Source: a virus
Taxonomy: Duplodnaviria > Heunggongvirae > Uroviricota > Caudoviricetes
DNA: 64,000 nucleotides
Direction: 5' to 3' (one strand)
Virus record (IMG/VR): IMGVR_UViG_3300042401_001180
Shown here: piece by piece, positions 19,773-28,967 of the stretch
Numbering within the stretch: the first letter of the stretch is position 1
How the letters are laid out: the number at the start of each line of letters is the position of its first letter
Program-made: the position numbers and the translations under genes
Notes under the pieces: generated by a model
Databases searched by the model: none
Seen by the model: only the letters and a program-made list of their open reading frames with translations
Told to the model about the DNA's origin: nothing

Positions 19773-21203
19773 TTAATTTTTATCTTCTTTAACTCTTTTT
19801 TCTATTAAAGCATTAACTTCATCTTGATGATACCATTCACTTCCTGACATCATAACTTTAACACCATTTTGTAACGCCACTTCCATTTTATTATCAAAAA
19901 ACTTCATAACATCAACGTGGTTGATTTCTTTAACACCATTTTGAATGGCGTCTTCAACATTATCCTGTCTCATATTAAAATTCCACCCTAAAACATCTTT
20001 CACTCCATTTTGAATGGTGTCCTCAATATTGAATAATTTCTGTTCCATTCCTGGATGGGTTTTCTTAACCCCATTTTGAATTGTGTCTTCAACATTTATA
20101 TCTCCCTCAAAATAATACGGATAACTTTCTTTCACTCCATTTTGAATGGTATCTTCAACGGTAATAGTTTGTTGATGCAAGGCGGATTTGGTGGACTTCA
20201 CCCCATTTTCAATGGTATTATTAATTTCTTTTTCCGTCACCTCTAATGAACCAAGACCTTTGATTTCTTTCACCCCATTTTGAATGGTATCCTCAACGCG
20301 CATCGAGTAAGACAATTTGTACAGGAGGGTGGACTTCACCCCATTTTGAATGGTATCTTCAACGTATTCATATCGGGACAGAATATTCTCTTTGGTATTC
20401 TTTACCCCTTCGTTTATGACTTCTTCGATAACACAAGAACCATCAACTTTTAGAGAACTTTCAGTATGTTTCACACCATTTTGAATGGTGTCTTCAACTA
20501 TTTCATTAATTGCAAAATGAGAAGCCTTGGTGTCCTTCACCCCATTTTGAATGGTGTCCTCAATATTGAATAATTTCTGTTCCATTCCTGGATGGGTTTT
20601 CTTAACCCCATTTTGAATGGTATCCTCAATAATAGGCCAACCCCTTCTTTCATCAGCAATGGTGTGTTTCACCCCATTTTGAATGGTATTCTCAACTAAT
20701 GTTGTTCGCCATCTTTGTCGTAGCGAGGTGGACTTCACCCCATTTTTAATGGTATTCTCAACCGGAAGAGGACGAATCATTGACAGTGGATGGGTGGACT
20801 TCACCCCATTTTGAATGGTATTCTCAACTGGATCGTTCATCAATAATTCAACCGCTTCGGTGGACTTCACCCCATTTTGAATGGTATTCTCAACCTTTGG
20901 TTTAAATAAAAATCTATTTTCAAACCACTTTTTAACGTATTCTGCGGTTTCATCATTATCCATACCAAATAACATCAACACATTATTGAATATATAATAG
21001 TTATACCACAATGTTCTATCCTTTGTGAATTCAATAGCCCATCTTTTTTCATCTGTGAAAATAAGCCACATTGATCCGTTATTATTATAAATGTCAGTCC
21101 CTTCAATCTCCTTATCAAGGGTATCAAAAATAAGTTTTTTTAAATTTTTCCGTTTTTGGGTACTCATAATGTCAAATGTATGTGATTTATTTAATATAAT
21201 CAA
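19773..21203 (-). CDS. tandem-repeat protein (16 x ~22-aa units with V-E-D/N-T-I-Q-N-G-V-K core)
   Basis: Protein shows 16 units, each with a constant decapeptide plus a 10-14 aa variable spacer. Two units are identical at both DNA and protein level. Confidence 0.6.
   Translation of the reverse strand: MIILNKSHTFDIMSTQKRKNLKKLIFDTLDKEIEGTDIYNNNGSMWLIFTDEKRWAIEFTKDRTLWYNYYIFNNVLMLFGMDNDETAEYVKKWFENRFLFKPKVENTIQNGVKSTEAVELLMNDPVENTIQNGVKSTHPLSMIRPLPVENTIKNGVKSTSLRQRWRTTLVENTIQNGVKHTIADERRGWPIIEDTIQNGVKKTHPGMEQKLFNIEDTIQNGVKDTKASHFAINEIVEDTIQNGVKHTESSLKVDGSCVIEEVINEGVKNTKENILSRYEYVEDTIQNGVKSTLLYKLSYSMRVEDTIQNGVKEIKGLGSLEVTEKEINNTIENGVKSTKSALHQQTITVEDTIQNGVKESYPYYFEGDINVEDTIQNGVKKTHPGMEQKLFNIEDTIQNGVKDVLGWNFNMRQDNVEDAIQNGVKEINHVDVMKFFDNKMEVALQNGVKVMMSGSEWYHQDEVNALIEKRVKEDKN
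19840..20900 (-). repeat. coding tandem repeat array (~66-84 nt period)
   Basis: cttcaccccattttgaatggtat(t/c)(c/t)tcaac recurs about 15 times on the plus strand. Confidence 0.6.
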
Positions 21204-21220
21204 AGTATTTATAATAAAAG

Positions 21221-21718
21221 ATGAAACACCTGATTAGAAAAATATTAAAAGAAGTGGAGGAAGAAAAATTAACAAGTCTTCAAGAAAACTTATTAGGTTA
21301 TATTTCAACCGTTGGTATTTTAGATACAATTAAAATGGTTGGTGATATTGATAATTTCAATAAAATATTACCAAGTTACTTCGACAAAAATAGTCACAAA
21401 ATAGATTTAATTAATGAACTCGTTAATAATATTAATCCTTATAATAATATATATTTTAATGATATAGGAGGAGATTTTTATTTAGATTCTGATGACGTTT
21501 ATGATAGTGGTGATTATGATAGTGGTGATGGACACACATTTGAAGAGTATATAATTAGTGTTGGTGATGGTTCTGTTAGGGTTAATACTTATGAATTTGA
21601 TGAAGATGGTAATATGTTTGATGACTCCGCCGGTTTCTATTTTTTACCACTTAAAAAGTTATCGGATGATTTATTAAATTTAGTTTTTGAATCCCTTGTT
21701 AGTTATTATTTATTATGA
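21221..21718 (+). CDS. hypothetical protein (165 aa) with MKHLIRKILKE N-terminal family motif
   Basis: ORF. Asp/Gly-rich acidic tail. Confidence 0.5.
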   Translation: MKHLIRKILKEVEEEKLTSLQENLLGYISTVGILDTIKMVGDIDNFNKILPSYFDKNSHKIDLINELVNNINPYNNIYFNDIGGDFYLDSDDVYDSGDYDSGDGHTFEEYIISVGDGSVRVNTYEFDEDGNMFDDSAGFYFLPLKKLSDDLLNLVFESLVSYYLL

Positions 21719-21737
21719 AAGAAATAATTATAAAAAT

Positions 21738-22310
21738 ATGAAAATAGTAATTACAGAAGAACAGTATAAAAAGATATTAGTAGAGAGTACGTTAAAGGAC
21801 ACACTGAAGGATTTAAAAATAAACACGGGTATTTTATTTACGTTCGGTACTGGTATTGGATCGTTTATTGGTCCTGTTGAAAGATTACTTTCAGGTTCAG
21901 GATTTTCAATGGATGAAAGGGATATCATTCTTTTAATTATTACGTCATTTGCACTTATTATAAAAGATAGTGAAGGTGTAACGTTATTAGAAAAAGTTAA
22001 AGAAAAGGGATTAATGCCAACACTAAAAGGTGTTATCAACTTTATAACAAATGTCAAGGATGTGATAAATGCTGTAGCAAAAAATTTAGTAGGTGTTACC
22101 TATTCTTTATTAGATATCTTAGGATTTACACTTCTTTTAAATCCAACAATGAAAATTATCGATGAAGTTATAAAAGATAATAATATTAGTTCTGATAACG
22201 TAGAAAGGTTACTATCGGGAGCAGCACTTGCCGTGATTGTCTATTCACTTAAAAGTGTATTTGGTAAACTTAAAGGTAAATTTAAAAAAGATGTAAATAA
22301 CGCCGACTAA
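21738..22310 (+). CDS. hypothetical protein (start at MKIVITEEQYKKIL), hydrophobic segments
   Basis: The track ORF 21687..22310 is trimmed to the internal Met that carries the family N-terminal motif. Confidence 0.45.
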   Translation: MKIVITEEQYKKILVESTLKDTLKDLKINTGILFTFGTGIGSFIGPVERLLSGSGFSMDERDIILLIITSFALIIKDSEGVTLLEKVKEKGLMPTLKGVINFITNVKDVINAVAKNLVGVTYSLLDILGFTLLLNPTMKIIDEVIKDNNISSDNVERLLSGAALAVIVYSLKSVFGKLKGKFKKDVNNAD

Positions 22311-23011
22311 TCAGCGTTATCTACAAACTCCAACTCATTTGTTTTTGGATCCCAATCAACAGTTATTGGTTTGTTTCGGAACTCATATCGTCCATTTAAC
22401 ACCGCCGCGTTAATGAAGTGAGTATTTCCATCAAACACATAACCATAACCTTCGTGGATGTGTCCAAATACGTGGATTTTAGGTTTAACTTCTTCAACAC
22501 GTTTCATTAGTTCTTCACAACCAACATTTATATTATTGTAAGGTACATAATCCAATTTACCAAATGGTGGTCCGTGAGTAATAAGGATATCAGTGTCAAC
22601 AGGAATCATATCCCATTTTTCTTTTATTTTTTCACCACGAGGAAGGTTGAATGCCCAATTATGAAACTCAGGTTGCCAAGGTGAGCCCCAAATTTTAATC
22701 ATATTGTCATAATCTTCACCAACCATCAGTAAGTCATCTTGAAGATACTCTATAGTTTTGTAACCGGTAAGAAGTCCACGAAGTTTTTGATTATCATCTT
22801 GGAATCCAAAGTCGTGATTTCCTGCAATAAAAACTTTAGTGTCGTAGTTGTTGATATTATCATACCACTTCATAAAATTTTCAATCTCAGTGATATAACC
22901 ACGACCAGTTAAATCTCCCGCATGAATAAGCATGTCACCCCCAGTCAAGAACCCACTAACTTTGTCGTGTTTGGTGTGAGTGTCGCTAATAAATGTGATA
23001 CGTTTTTTCAT
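22307..23011 (-). CDS. calcineurin-like metallophosphoesterase (second copy)
   Basis: SDTHTKHD, GDLTGRG, GNHDF, GHIHEGYG. A -7 box TATATTTGTA lies 4 nt upstream of the ATG. Confidence 0.7.
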   Translation of the reverse strand: MKKRITFISDTHTKHDKVSGFLTGGDMLIHAGDLTGRGYITEIENFMKWYDNINNYDTKVFIAGNHDFGFQDDNQKLRGLLTGYKTIEYLQDDLLMVGEDYDNMIKIWGSPWQPEFHNWAFNLPRGEKIKEKWDMIPVDTDILITHGPPFGKLDYVPYNNINVGCEELMKRVEEVKPKIHVFGHIHEGYGYVFDGNTHFINAAVLNGRYEFRNKPITVDWDPKTNELEFVDNAD

Positions 23012-23121
23012 AATACAAATATAGTAAATTAATTTAAACCTTACAAAGTAAAATATAAAAAATTATGGTTACGGTACCTAATAATACAGTTAAAACTGTT
23101 TCCAAATCTTTTTCTTTCATT

Positions 23122-23442
23122 TTAATACTTATCAATTTGATTATTAATTTTTTCTAATAACTCTTCTGATATATTCTCAACCGCTGCGATTTCTTCTAAA
23201 AGTATTTTAATATCTTTCTTAGATCTCTCCTTTGCCTTTCGGGTAGTCTTTAACTCAACCTCATACAGATAATACGCTACCTCATCAACGTTTTTTAATT
23301 TTTGAATATACTTTTCAATTCTTTGATCAAGTTTTCTGCTACCATGCACATCCATCAACTCAAGAAATGATTTAAATAACTCATCCAATCTACCTTTAAG
23401 GTATTGTATTTCTCCGTATTTTAAAATGTCTTTATCTGTCAT
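23122..23442 (-). CDS. hypothetical coiled-coil protein (106 aa)
   Basis: ORF. Confidence 0.45.
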   Translation of the reverse strand: MTDKDILKYGEIQYLKGRLDELFKSFLELMDVHGSRKLDQRIEKYIQKLKNVDEVAYYLYEVELKTTRKAKERSKKDIKILLEEIAAVENISEELLEKINNQIDKY

Positions 23443-23443
23443 A

Positions 23444-23677
23444 TTAATTTATAATTTTTATTTCACTTTCAGTTTCAATTACCACTCTTGCCCCGCAAGA
23501 TAATAATGGTTTTTTATCTCCACTCCCACAATACTTTATTCTACTTGGACCTAGTATCTCCACTTCGTTACAGTATGTATTTGTCTTACCTTCCTTGATT
23601 GTTATTACAGGAAGATCTGTGTCCTTTGTTTTATTGGACCTAACGTGGTGTTGGTTTACGTGGATTCTTGTTTTCAT
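23444..23677 (-). CDS. hypothetical protein (77 aa)
   Basis: ORF. Confidence 0.4.
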   Translation of the reverse strand: MKTRIHVNQHHVRSNKTKDTDLPVITIKEGKTNTYCNEVEILGPSRIKYCGSGDKKPLLSCGARVVIETESEIKIIN

Positions 23678-23678
23678 A

Positions 23679-24245
23679 TTAACTTAAATAATTTGACATA
23701 TTTTTAGCAGCAAGAAATGCATCTTCCATCGTTTCAATTAGTTTTGATCCTCTTAACTTAAATGGTATCACATAAGAAATTCCATCACCATCCATCCATT
23801 TTTTACCTAACTCATCTTCAGTTTCATAAAGTTCGTTAAATTTTATTTCCCATTCACTCCATTGTTCTTCATCGTAATCTTCTTTGACTGGTTTGTATTT
23901 TTCATCAAATAACCTATCACCAATTTTAAACATATTACCACCTCTATGTGTATAACCATACATTCCTTCAATTACGGGGTTGTCTGTTCCATATGTCTCA
24001 AATGTAATAACCGCAGCAACTCCGTGTGGGTAATTTTCATCAACCATCATTTGATTTTTAACATACCATCGTGCTTCGTCAATACTACCGATGTATACTC
24101 CATTAGGTGATAAAAATGAATTTTCTAATGTGTTTTCGTTTTTTGGTCCAAATGTGTGTGTTCCGATCTTTCCACCAGTTAATCTTTCAATTTCTTGGAT
24201 TTCTTCTTGTGTTATTTCTTTTCCTTTTTGTGGTTTACTTTTCAT
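23679..24245 (-). CDS. hypothetical protein (188 aa)
   Basis: ORF. Confidence 0.5.
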   Translation of the reverse strand: MKSKPQKGKEITQEEIQEIERLTGGKIGTHTFGPKNENTLENSFLSPNGVYIGSIDEARWYVKNQMMVDENYPHGVAAVITFETYGTDNPVIEGMYGYTHRGGNMFKIGDRLFDEKYKPVKEDYDEEQWSEWEIKFNELYETEDELGKKWMDGDGISYVIPFKLRGSKLIETMEDAFLAAKNMSNYLS

Positions 24246-24300
24246 AACTTTAATTACTTTTTACATTTTTATCAGTTTTTGTAAAAACTATTTTACTTTA

Positions 24301-24615
24301 TTATTCTGTAATATAAATTTTAGTTGGCCTTTCGTTCTCTACCACCTTTCCGTCATCACTAGTATGCCATTCTGTAACTCTACCAGTGTTTGGTTGTTGT
24401 TCACATTTAACAGCGTAATGTATCTGACATCCAGCAATTATTATTTCTTTACCGTTTCCACCAACAACAGCATACCAGTTTGCACTATTTCTGTTGGTTT
24501 TAACTCCAAGGATTGAATCCTCCACGATTTTGACATCACCCCAAACCGCTTGATATGATTTTCCGTCTGGTGCGACAAAGTATTGTGATGTCGTTATTAA
24601 ATATTTTCCTGTCAT
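24301..24615 (-). CDS. hypothetical protein (start trimmed to MTGKYLITT)
   Basis: The track ORF overlaps the upstream gene by 74 nt. The internal Met gives an ATGA-type junction. Confidence 0.4.
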   Translation of the reverse strand: MTGKYLITTSQYFVAPDGKSYQAVWGDVKIVEDSILGVKTNRNSANWYAVVGGNGKEIIIAGCQIHYAVKCEQQPNTGRVTEWHTSDDGKVVENERPTKIYITE

Positions 24616-24616
24616 A

Positions 24617-25249
24617 TTATTCGGATTTAGGTTCTTCACCAACCAAATAACTCGGTTCACGTCTTTTATTCTCAATGGTTTCAAACACACCTCTTATTAA
24701 AACGTGTCTAGTTCCTTTGGTTCTATACTCTTCAGGATTATCTAACACATCATCCAATAACTTGTGAATATCATTTCTTAATGTTTTTTCATCATTAGAA
24801 CCTTTTAAATCTTGAGCCATTTCTGGTGACCAAGTTAATAAAATATGTTTTCTTGGTTCAAATGTCGTTGGGTCATATACTGTTGGTGATATCGATGCCC
24901 CATTTTTAACCGGTTCAAACGCTTTTATTGGATCATACATTTCAGGTGTTAAAGATATTGAATACAAATAACACTTACCTTTTATCTTCATTCCTTCTTT
25001 ATATTTGAAAGTTTGTACTGTTAATGTTTTATCTTCACCCACTTTAAATGTTGGAAAATGTACTATTTCCAAATCATCACATTCTGAAAACACATCAAGT
25101 TTTAATAGTTCATCTTTTACTTCTTCAAGTTCTTTTGAGTTTAAGATTGGGTCCATACCTTTAAGGTAATCAATCGTTGATTCCTCATTTTTTTGGTTTA
25201 ACACGGTTTTTTCGTCACAAAGTTTTGTTACAAATTCTTCTAATTTCAT
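24617..25249 (-). CDS. hypothetical protein (210 aa)
   Basis: ORF. Confidence 0.5.
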   Translation of the reverse strand: MKLEEFVTKLCDEKTVLNQKNEESTIDYLKGMDPILNSKELEEVKDELLKLDVFSECDDLEIVHFPTFKVGEDKTLTVQTFKYKEGMKIKGKCYLYSISLTPEMYDPIKAFEPVKNGASISPTVYDPTTFEPRKHILLTWSPEMAQDLKGSNDEKTLRNDIHKLLDDVLDNPEEYRTKGTRHVLIRGVFETIENKRREPSYLVGEEPKSE

Positions 25250-25254
25250 TTTTT

Positions 25255-25569
25255 TTATTTTAATTGTTTATTTTTTTTTAAGTTATCTATATATCCTTCA
25301 ATAAGAACAATCTTTCTTCTAATTCCAATCTTATCCATATCAGCTAACATCCTCAAATAGTCATTCAAATCATCAAGTTGGTTAAACTCTTGTTTTAAAA
25401 GTTTACTAGCATCACTTTCCATCAATTCTGCCATATTAGGTTTGTTTGAATTGTTTAATATTTTAGTGTCTTCCCATTTTTTAACTAAGTCAGGGAATAT
25501 GTTTTTAAGTGCGTTCTGTTGTCTGATCGGTGTATCAGCTGGATCATCCCACGATGTGTCTGTATTCAT
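25255..25569 (-). CDS. hypothetical protein (104 aa)
   Basis: ORF. Confidence 0.45.
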   Translation of the reverse strand: MNTDTSWDDPADTPIRQQNALKNIFPDLVKKWEDTKILNNSNKPNMAELMESDASKLLKQEFNQLDDLNDYLRMLADMDKIGIRRKIVLIEGYIDNLKKNKQLK

Positions 25570-25574
25570 AATTT

Positions 25575-26648
25575 TTAATTCGATAATGGGAAATAAATTT
25601 TAGGATGTGATTGATAATTTTCCAAAACAAAATCATCAACTGTTAAATGTGATAGTAATGATAAATCCTCACCTAACGATTTATAAAATTCATCAGTTTT
25701 CATATGCTTTAGAGTTGGTAGTGGATATGGTTCTCTTGTTAATTGTTCTTTAACACCATCAATTTGATTTAGATAGATATGACAATCACCCATATTTGTA
25801 ATCAATTCGTCAGGAACCATATTAACGGTTTTTGCAATGATTTCTAATAACAATCCGTAAGATGCTAAATTAAATGGGGTTCCTAATGGTACGTCCTGGC
25901 TTCTGCAATTATACATTAATGAGATTGCTCGTTTAGGAATATTAATAGAATCATAATATTCCATAACATTTCCTATACCATCATAACATAATAACCCTTT
26001 GTATTTTTTTAAAAGATTATACCTTTCTTTCTCACTCAATTCTCTTGTATAAACTTGAAATCCATAATGACAAGGTGGAAGAACTTGGTTCGGTAAATCT
26101 GCGGGATTCCACGCTGACACAAGTATCCTACGTGAATCAGGGTTTGTTTTAAGGTCGTTGATTAGGTTTGCAATTTGATCTATTTTCTCCCAATTAATTA
26201 CTCTTACCCCATCTTCATCTTTCTCCCCAATCATACCATTTTTTCCTCTCCAACTTCTCCACTGCTTACCGTAAATTAATCCCATATCAAACATTGAATC
26301 GTTAAAATGGTGGTTACCATCTTTTACTTTTTGTTTAACTTCTTCTATTGTATATGGTTCTGAACAAGTAGTTTTGTAATTTTTTTCCCAATCACCATCC
26401 CAGATTTTACAATTGTTTTCCCATAAAAACCTAATATCTGAACTGCCACGTAAGAACCATAACAATTCGGTTACCATTGTCTTAAATGCCATTTTTTTGG
26501 TGGTAATGGCTGGAAACCCATCTTTCATATTGTGACGGATCTGTCTTCCGAATACTGAAAGTGTTCCACCATTTCTAGTTTCTTTTTTTGTACCATTCTC
26601 TAAAATATCTTTTAAGAGGTTCTGATAATCTAAATCTAATTTATTCAT
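25575..26648 (-). CDS. thyA: thymidylate synthase (ThyA family) with internal insertions
   Basis: RNGGTLSVFG, FPAITTKK, ELLWFLRG, catalytic LPPCH, and QDVPLGTPFNLASY with Asn (dUMP-specific) are present. The protein is ~40-90 aa longer than canonical ThyA. Confidence 0.8.
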   Translation of the reverse strand: MNKLDLDYQNLLKDILENGTKKETRNGGTLSVFGRQIRHNMKDGFPAITTKKMAFKTMVTELLWFLRGSSDIRFLWENNCKIWDGDWEKNYKTTCSEPYTIEEVKQKVKDGNHHFNDSMFDMGLIYGKQWRSWRGKNGMIGEKDEDGVRVINWEKIDQIANLINDLKTNPDSRRILVSAWNPADLPNQVLPPCHYGFQVYTRELSEKERYNLLKKYKGLLCYDGIGNVMEYYDSINIPKRAISLMYNCRSQDVPLGTPFNLASYGLLLEIIAKTVNMVPDELITNMGDCHIYLNQIDGVKEQLTREPYPLPTLKHMKTDEFYKSLGEDLSLLSHLTVDDFVLENYQSHPKIYFPLSN

Positions 26649-26982
26649 AACTTTCTATTATTTCGTTGAAATATATTAAATCTTTACCAATAGTTTTTTT
26701 GAAACATTTTTCTATTTTAGGCGCAGGATTTGATTTATCCATCACACCATTTTTATCCCATCCGTGGTCACAACTAAAATAATGAATATTTCCATTTTTT
26801 TGATAAACCTCATAATCATAATCTTGCCACGAAATGGTATGTAAATCCTCAAGTTTATTAGGTGTACCTTCCCAAGAAAAAGCCTTTGGTATAATAACTT
26901 CTTCTCTAGTATATTTTCTTCCTTTGTACTCCACATTATGAGTGTATTCAATTCTTTTGGTTGGATTTCCTATTTCATTCAT
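26641..26982 (-). CDS. hypothetical protein ending in IIESYE
   Basis: ORF. C-terminal motif shared with three downstream paralogs. Confidence 0.5.
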   Translation of the reverse strand: MNEIGNPTKRIEYTHNVEYKGRKYTREEVIIPKAFSWEGTPNKLEDLHTISWQDYDYEVYQKNGNIHYFSCDHGWDKNGVMDKSNPAPKIEKCFKKTIGKDLIYFNEIIESYE

Positions 26983-27370
26983 AACTTTCTATTTTTTTGT
27001 CGTTGTATGTTATTGTGATTAGTTTGGTTGGAATATTTGCATTATCCATAGCTTTATTATGACCATCAGGATAGTGTAACATTTTACTTTGTGCTTCTAA
27101 TTCCTTTCTTAAATCTAAATTTTTATAAGCAATTCTAAACCTTTCATCATTACTCAACTCTCGTTCTTCAATCTGCAATCCCCACCTTTCAGAGAATGTT
27201 TTATCGGAAGTACATAAACCAACAAACATTTCTTTGTTGGGTTTACGATAGGTTTTTTTACCATCCATTCGTGCAACTAAAAGACACATCCCAATAGAAT
27301 TATCCTTTTCATATTCCTTTGAATAATTCTCATAAGCATCATTCAATAATTCTTGTTGTTCTTTATTCAT
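26975..27370 (-). CDS. paralog family protein (MNKEQQ...IESYE) copy 1
   Basis: Shares N-terminus MNKEQQELL, WGL[KQ]IEERELS and C-terminal KLITITYN..IESYE with the 27559 and 27881 ORFs. Confidence 0.5.
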   Translation of the reverse strand: MNKEQQELLNDAYENYSKEYEKDNSIGMCLLVARMDGKKTYRKPNKEMFVGLCTSDKTFSERWGLQIEERELSNDERFRIAYKNLDLRKELEAQSKMLHYPDGHNKAMDNANIPTKLITITYNDKKIESYE

Positions 27371-27569
27371 CTGTTCCTAAGTTTTTTAATCCTTCAATAA
27401 CTTCCTTATTAAACTCTAAGACAAAATCTCTTTCTATCATATTAATAAGTGCTTGTTCAGCGTCTAGCTTATCTTCAACCGTTGCCATTTCAACACAATC
27501 ATCATCTGTCTTCTCACCCCAAAACATCATATGTTTGAGTAAGTCATTTCCATCAATTTTAATATTCAT
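27363..27569 (-). CDS. hypothetical protein (68 aa)
   Basis: ORF between paralogs. Confidence 0.4.
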   Translation of the reverse strand: MNIKIDGNDLLKHMMFWGEKTDDDCVEMATVEDKLDAEQALINMIERDFVLEFNKEVIEGLKNLGTDE

Positions 27570-27888
27570 AATTTTCTATTGTTTCGTTGTTATATGTTAT
27601 TGTGATTAGTTTGGTTGGGATGTTTCTTGTTGTTAATTTTGAATTTAACCAATTGTTGTTTGTAATCTCTATGCTATGTGTAAACTCACCTTCATATAAT
27701 TTTTTCCTTTCTTCTAAACTCAACTCTCGTTCTTCAATCTTTAACCCCCACTTTTCAGAGAACTTATCATCAGTTTTGATTTTTTTGATGAATTCTTGTA
27801 TTGTACCCCCATGTGTCAAATATTTGGACTGTTCTAAACAATGTTCTCTATAAACATCTAAAATTATATCTTGTTGTTCTTTATTCAT
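27559..27888 (-). CDS. paralog family protein copy 2
   Basis: See copy 1. 8-nt ATGAATAA overlap junctions repeated at DNA level. Confidence 0.5.
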   Translation of the reverse strand: MNKEQQDIILDVYREHCLEQSKYLTHGGTIQEFIKKIKTDDKFSEKWGLKIEERELSLEERKKLYEGEFTHSIEITNNNWLNSKLTTRNIPTKLITITYNNETIENYEY

Positions 27889-28195
27889 AACTTTCTATTT
27901 TTATTCCGTTATATTCAAGTGTAATTAGTTTGGTTGATGTTTGTTTCAATAGATTAACTATATTTAACTCATCAACATTCAACTCACGTTCCTCAATCTT
28001 TAATCCCCACTTTTTAGAGAATTTAGAATTAGTTTTAATTTCATTAATAAAACTTTCTTTAGAATGCTCCATAGGAATTACACTACCTAATTGTTCACTT
28101 AAAAGTTTTCCAATTGGGTTTGATGGTGGAGTCCAATGACTATCTGCATAAGCTAAATAAACCTCATCCAATAATTCTTCTTGTTCTTTATTCAT
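27881..28195 (-). CDS. paralog family protein copy 3
   Basis: See copy 1. Confidence 0.5.
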   Translation of the reverse strand: MNKEQEELLDEVYLAYADSHWTPPSNPIGKLLSEQLGSVIPMEHSKESFINEIKTNSKFSKKWGLKIEERELNVDELNIVNLLKQTSTKLITLEYNGIKIESYE

Positions 28196-28372
28196 AATTA
28201 TTTTTTATATCGTTATTCATTTTTTCATTAAATGTTTCCCCATCAAATTCTTGAGATAACAGGTATAATATAAATCCAGGAATACCTAAAATAAATGGAA
28301 TTATCAATAGTAATATTGCAGGTATTCTTAATACCCAATATAAAATATTATTTATCATCTCCATTTTCTTTT
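28196..28372 (-). CDS. small membrane protein (58 aa), not in ORF track
   Basis: Manual translation MEMINNILYWVLRIPAILLLIIPFILGIPGFILYLLSQEFDGETFNEKMNNDIKNNYE. The stop overlaps the next ATG. Confidence 0.3.
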
Positions 28373-28384
28373 AAACATTGATTT

Positions 28385-28455
28385 AAATTTCATCCAAACT
28401 ATTTCAGGATAATTCCATAACCACCAAAAAAATATATAAATTTTTCTCATAAATC
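28385..28455 (-). repeat. duplicated ~70-nt upstream element, copy A (encodes W-rich 31-aa leader ORF MRKIYIFFWWLWNYPEIVWMK...)
   Basis: Near-identical to 29245..29315. The minus strand begins with ATG and ends overlapping the start of the downstream gene. Confidence 0.5.
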
Positions 28456-28457
28456 AA

Positions 28458-28760
28458 TCATTTTAATTTTGTTATGTCATTATAATGTATTCCACAACTT
28501 TTACAAATCAAATACTCCTCAGTAATCCAACTTGAAAACCCTGAACCCATAATTCCATTATTATTTCTTTTAATGTGGTGTATCTTATCCGTTGATTTAC
28601 AAAGTGGACATTTGATTTCATTAATTCTCACTACCTCTTGCTCTTCCGTTTTTCGTTTGAGTCCCTCCTCTTGTTCTTCTCTTTTGAGTTTGTCAGCCCA
28701 AAAATTTGAAAAATCAATGGTTTCACCTGTAATACTAGGAAATTTAATTCGTTTACTCAT
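28458..28760 (-). CDS. zinc-ribbon protein (100 aa)
   Basis: CPLCKS...CKSCG cysteine pairs. Confidence 0.45.
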   Translation of the reverse strand: MSKRIKFPSITGETIDFSNFWADKLKREEQEEGLKRKTEEQEVVRINEIKCPLCKSTDKIHHIKRNNNGIMGSGFSSWITEEYLICKSCGIHYNDITKLK

Positions 28761-28967
28761 CTTTGTTTTTATTTACTATTTAATACCAATTCCCTCTCCG
28801 TCAATGTATATTAACTTTACCGTTTCACCATCACCTATAATTGTTAAAGTGGGGTATTCATCATCTGGAACAGGATGGGTGGGTTTTATTTCATAACGAT
28901 ATTCATAACAAATTTTATCCACTTTATCAAGAAACTCTTTCATTTTATTTGTCATCTTTATTTCAAT

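Noticed and set aside
19840-20900. Regularly spaced ~21-nt direct repeats that might look like a CRISPR array.
   Set aside because: The repeats are in-frame within a 476-aa ORF, have a 66-84-nt period, and their spacers encode protein. No cas genes. Interpreted as a coding tandem-repeat protein.
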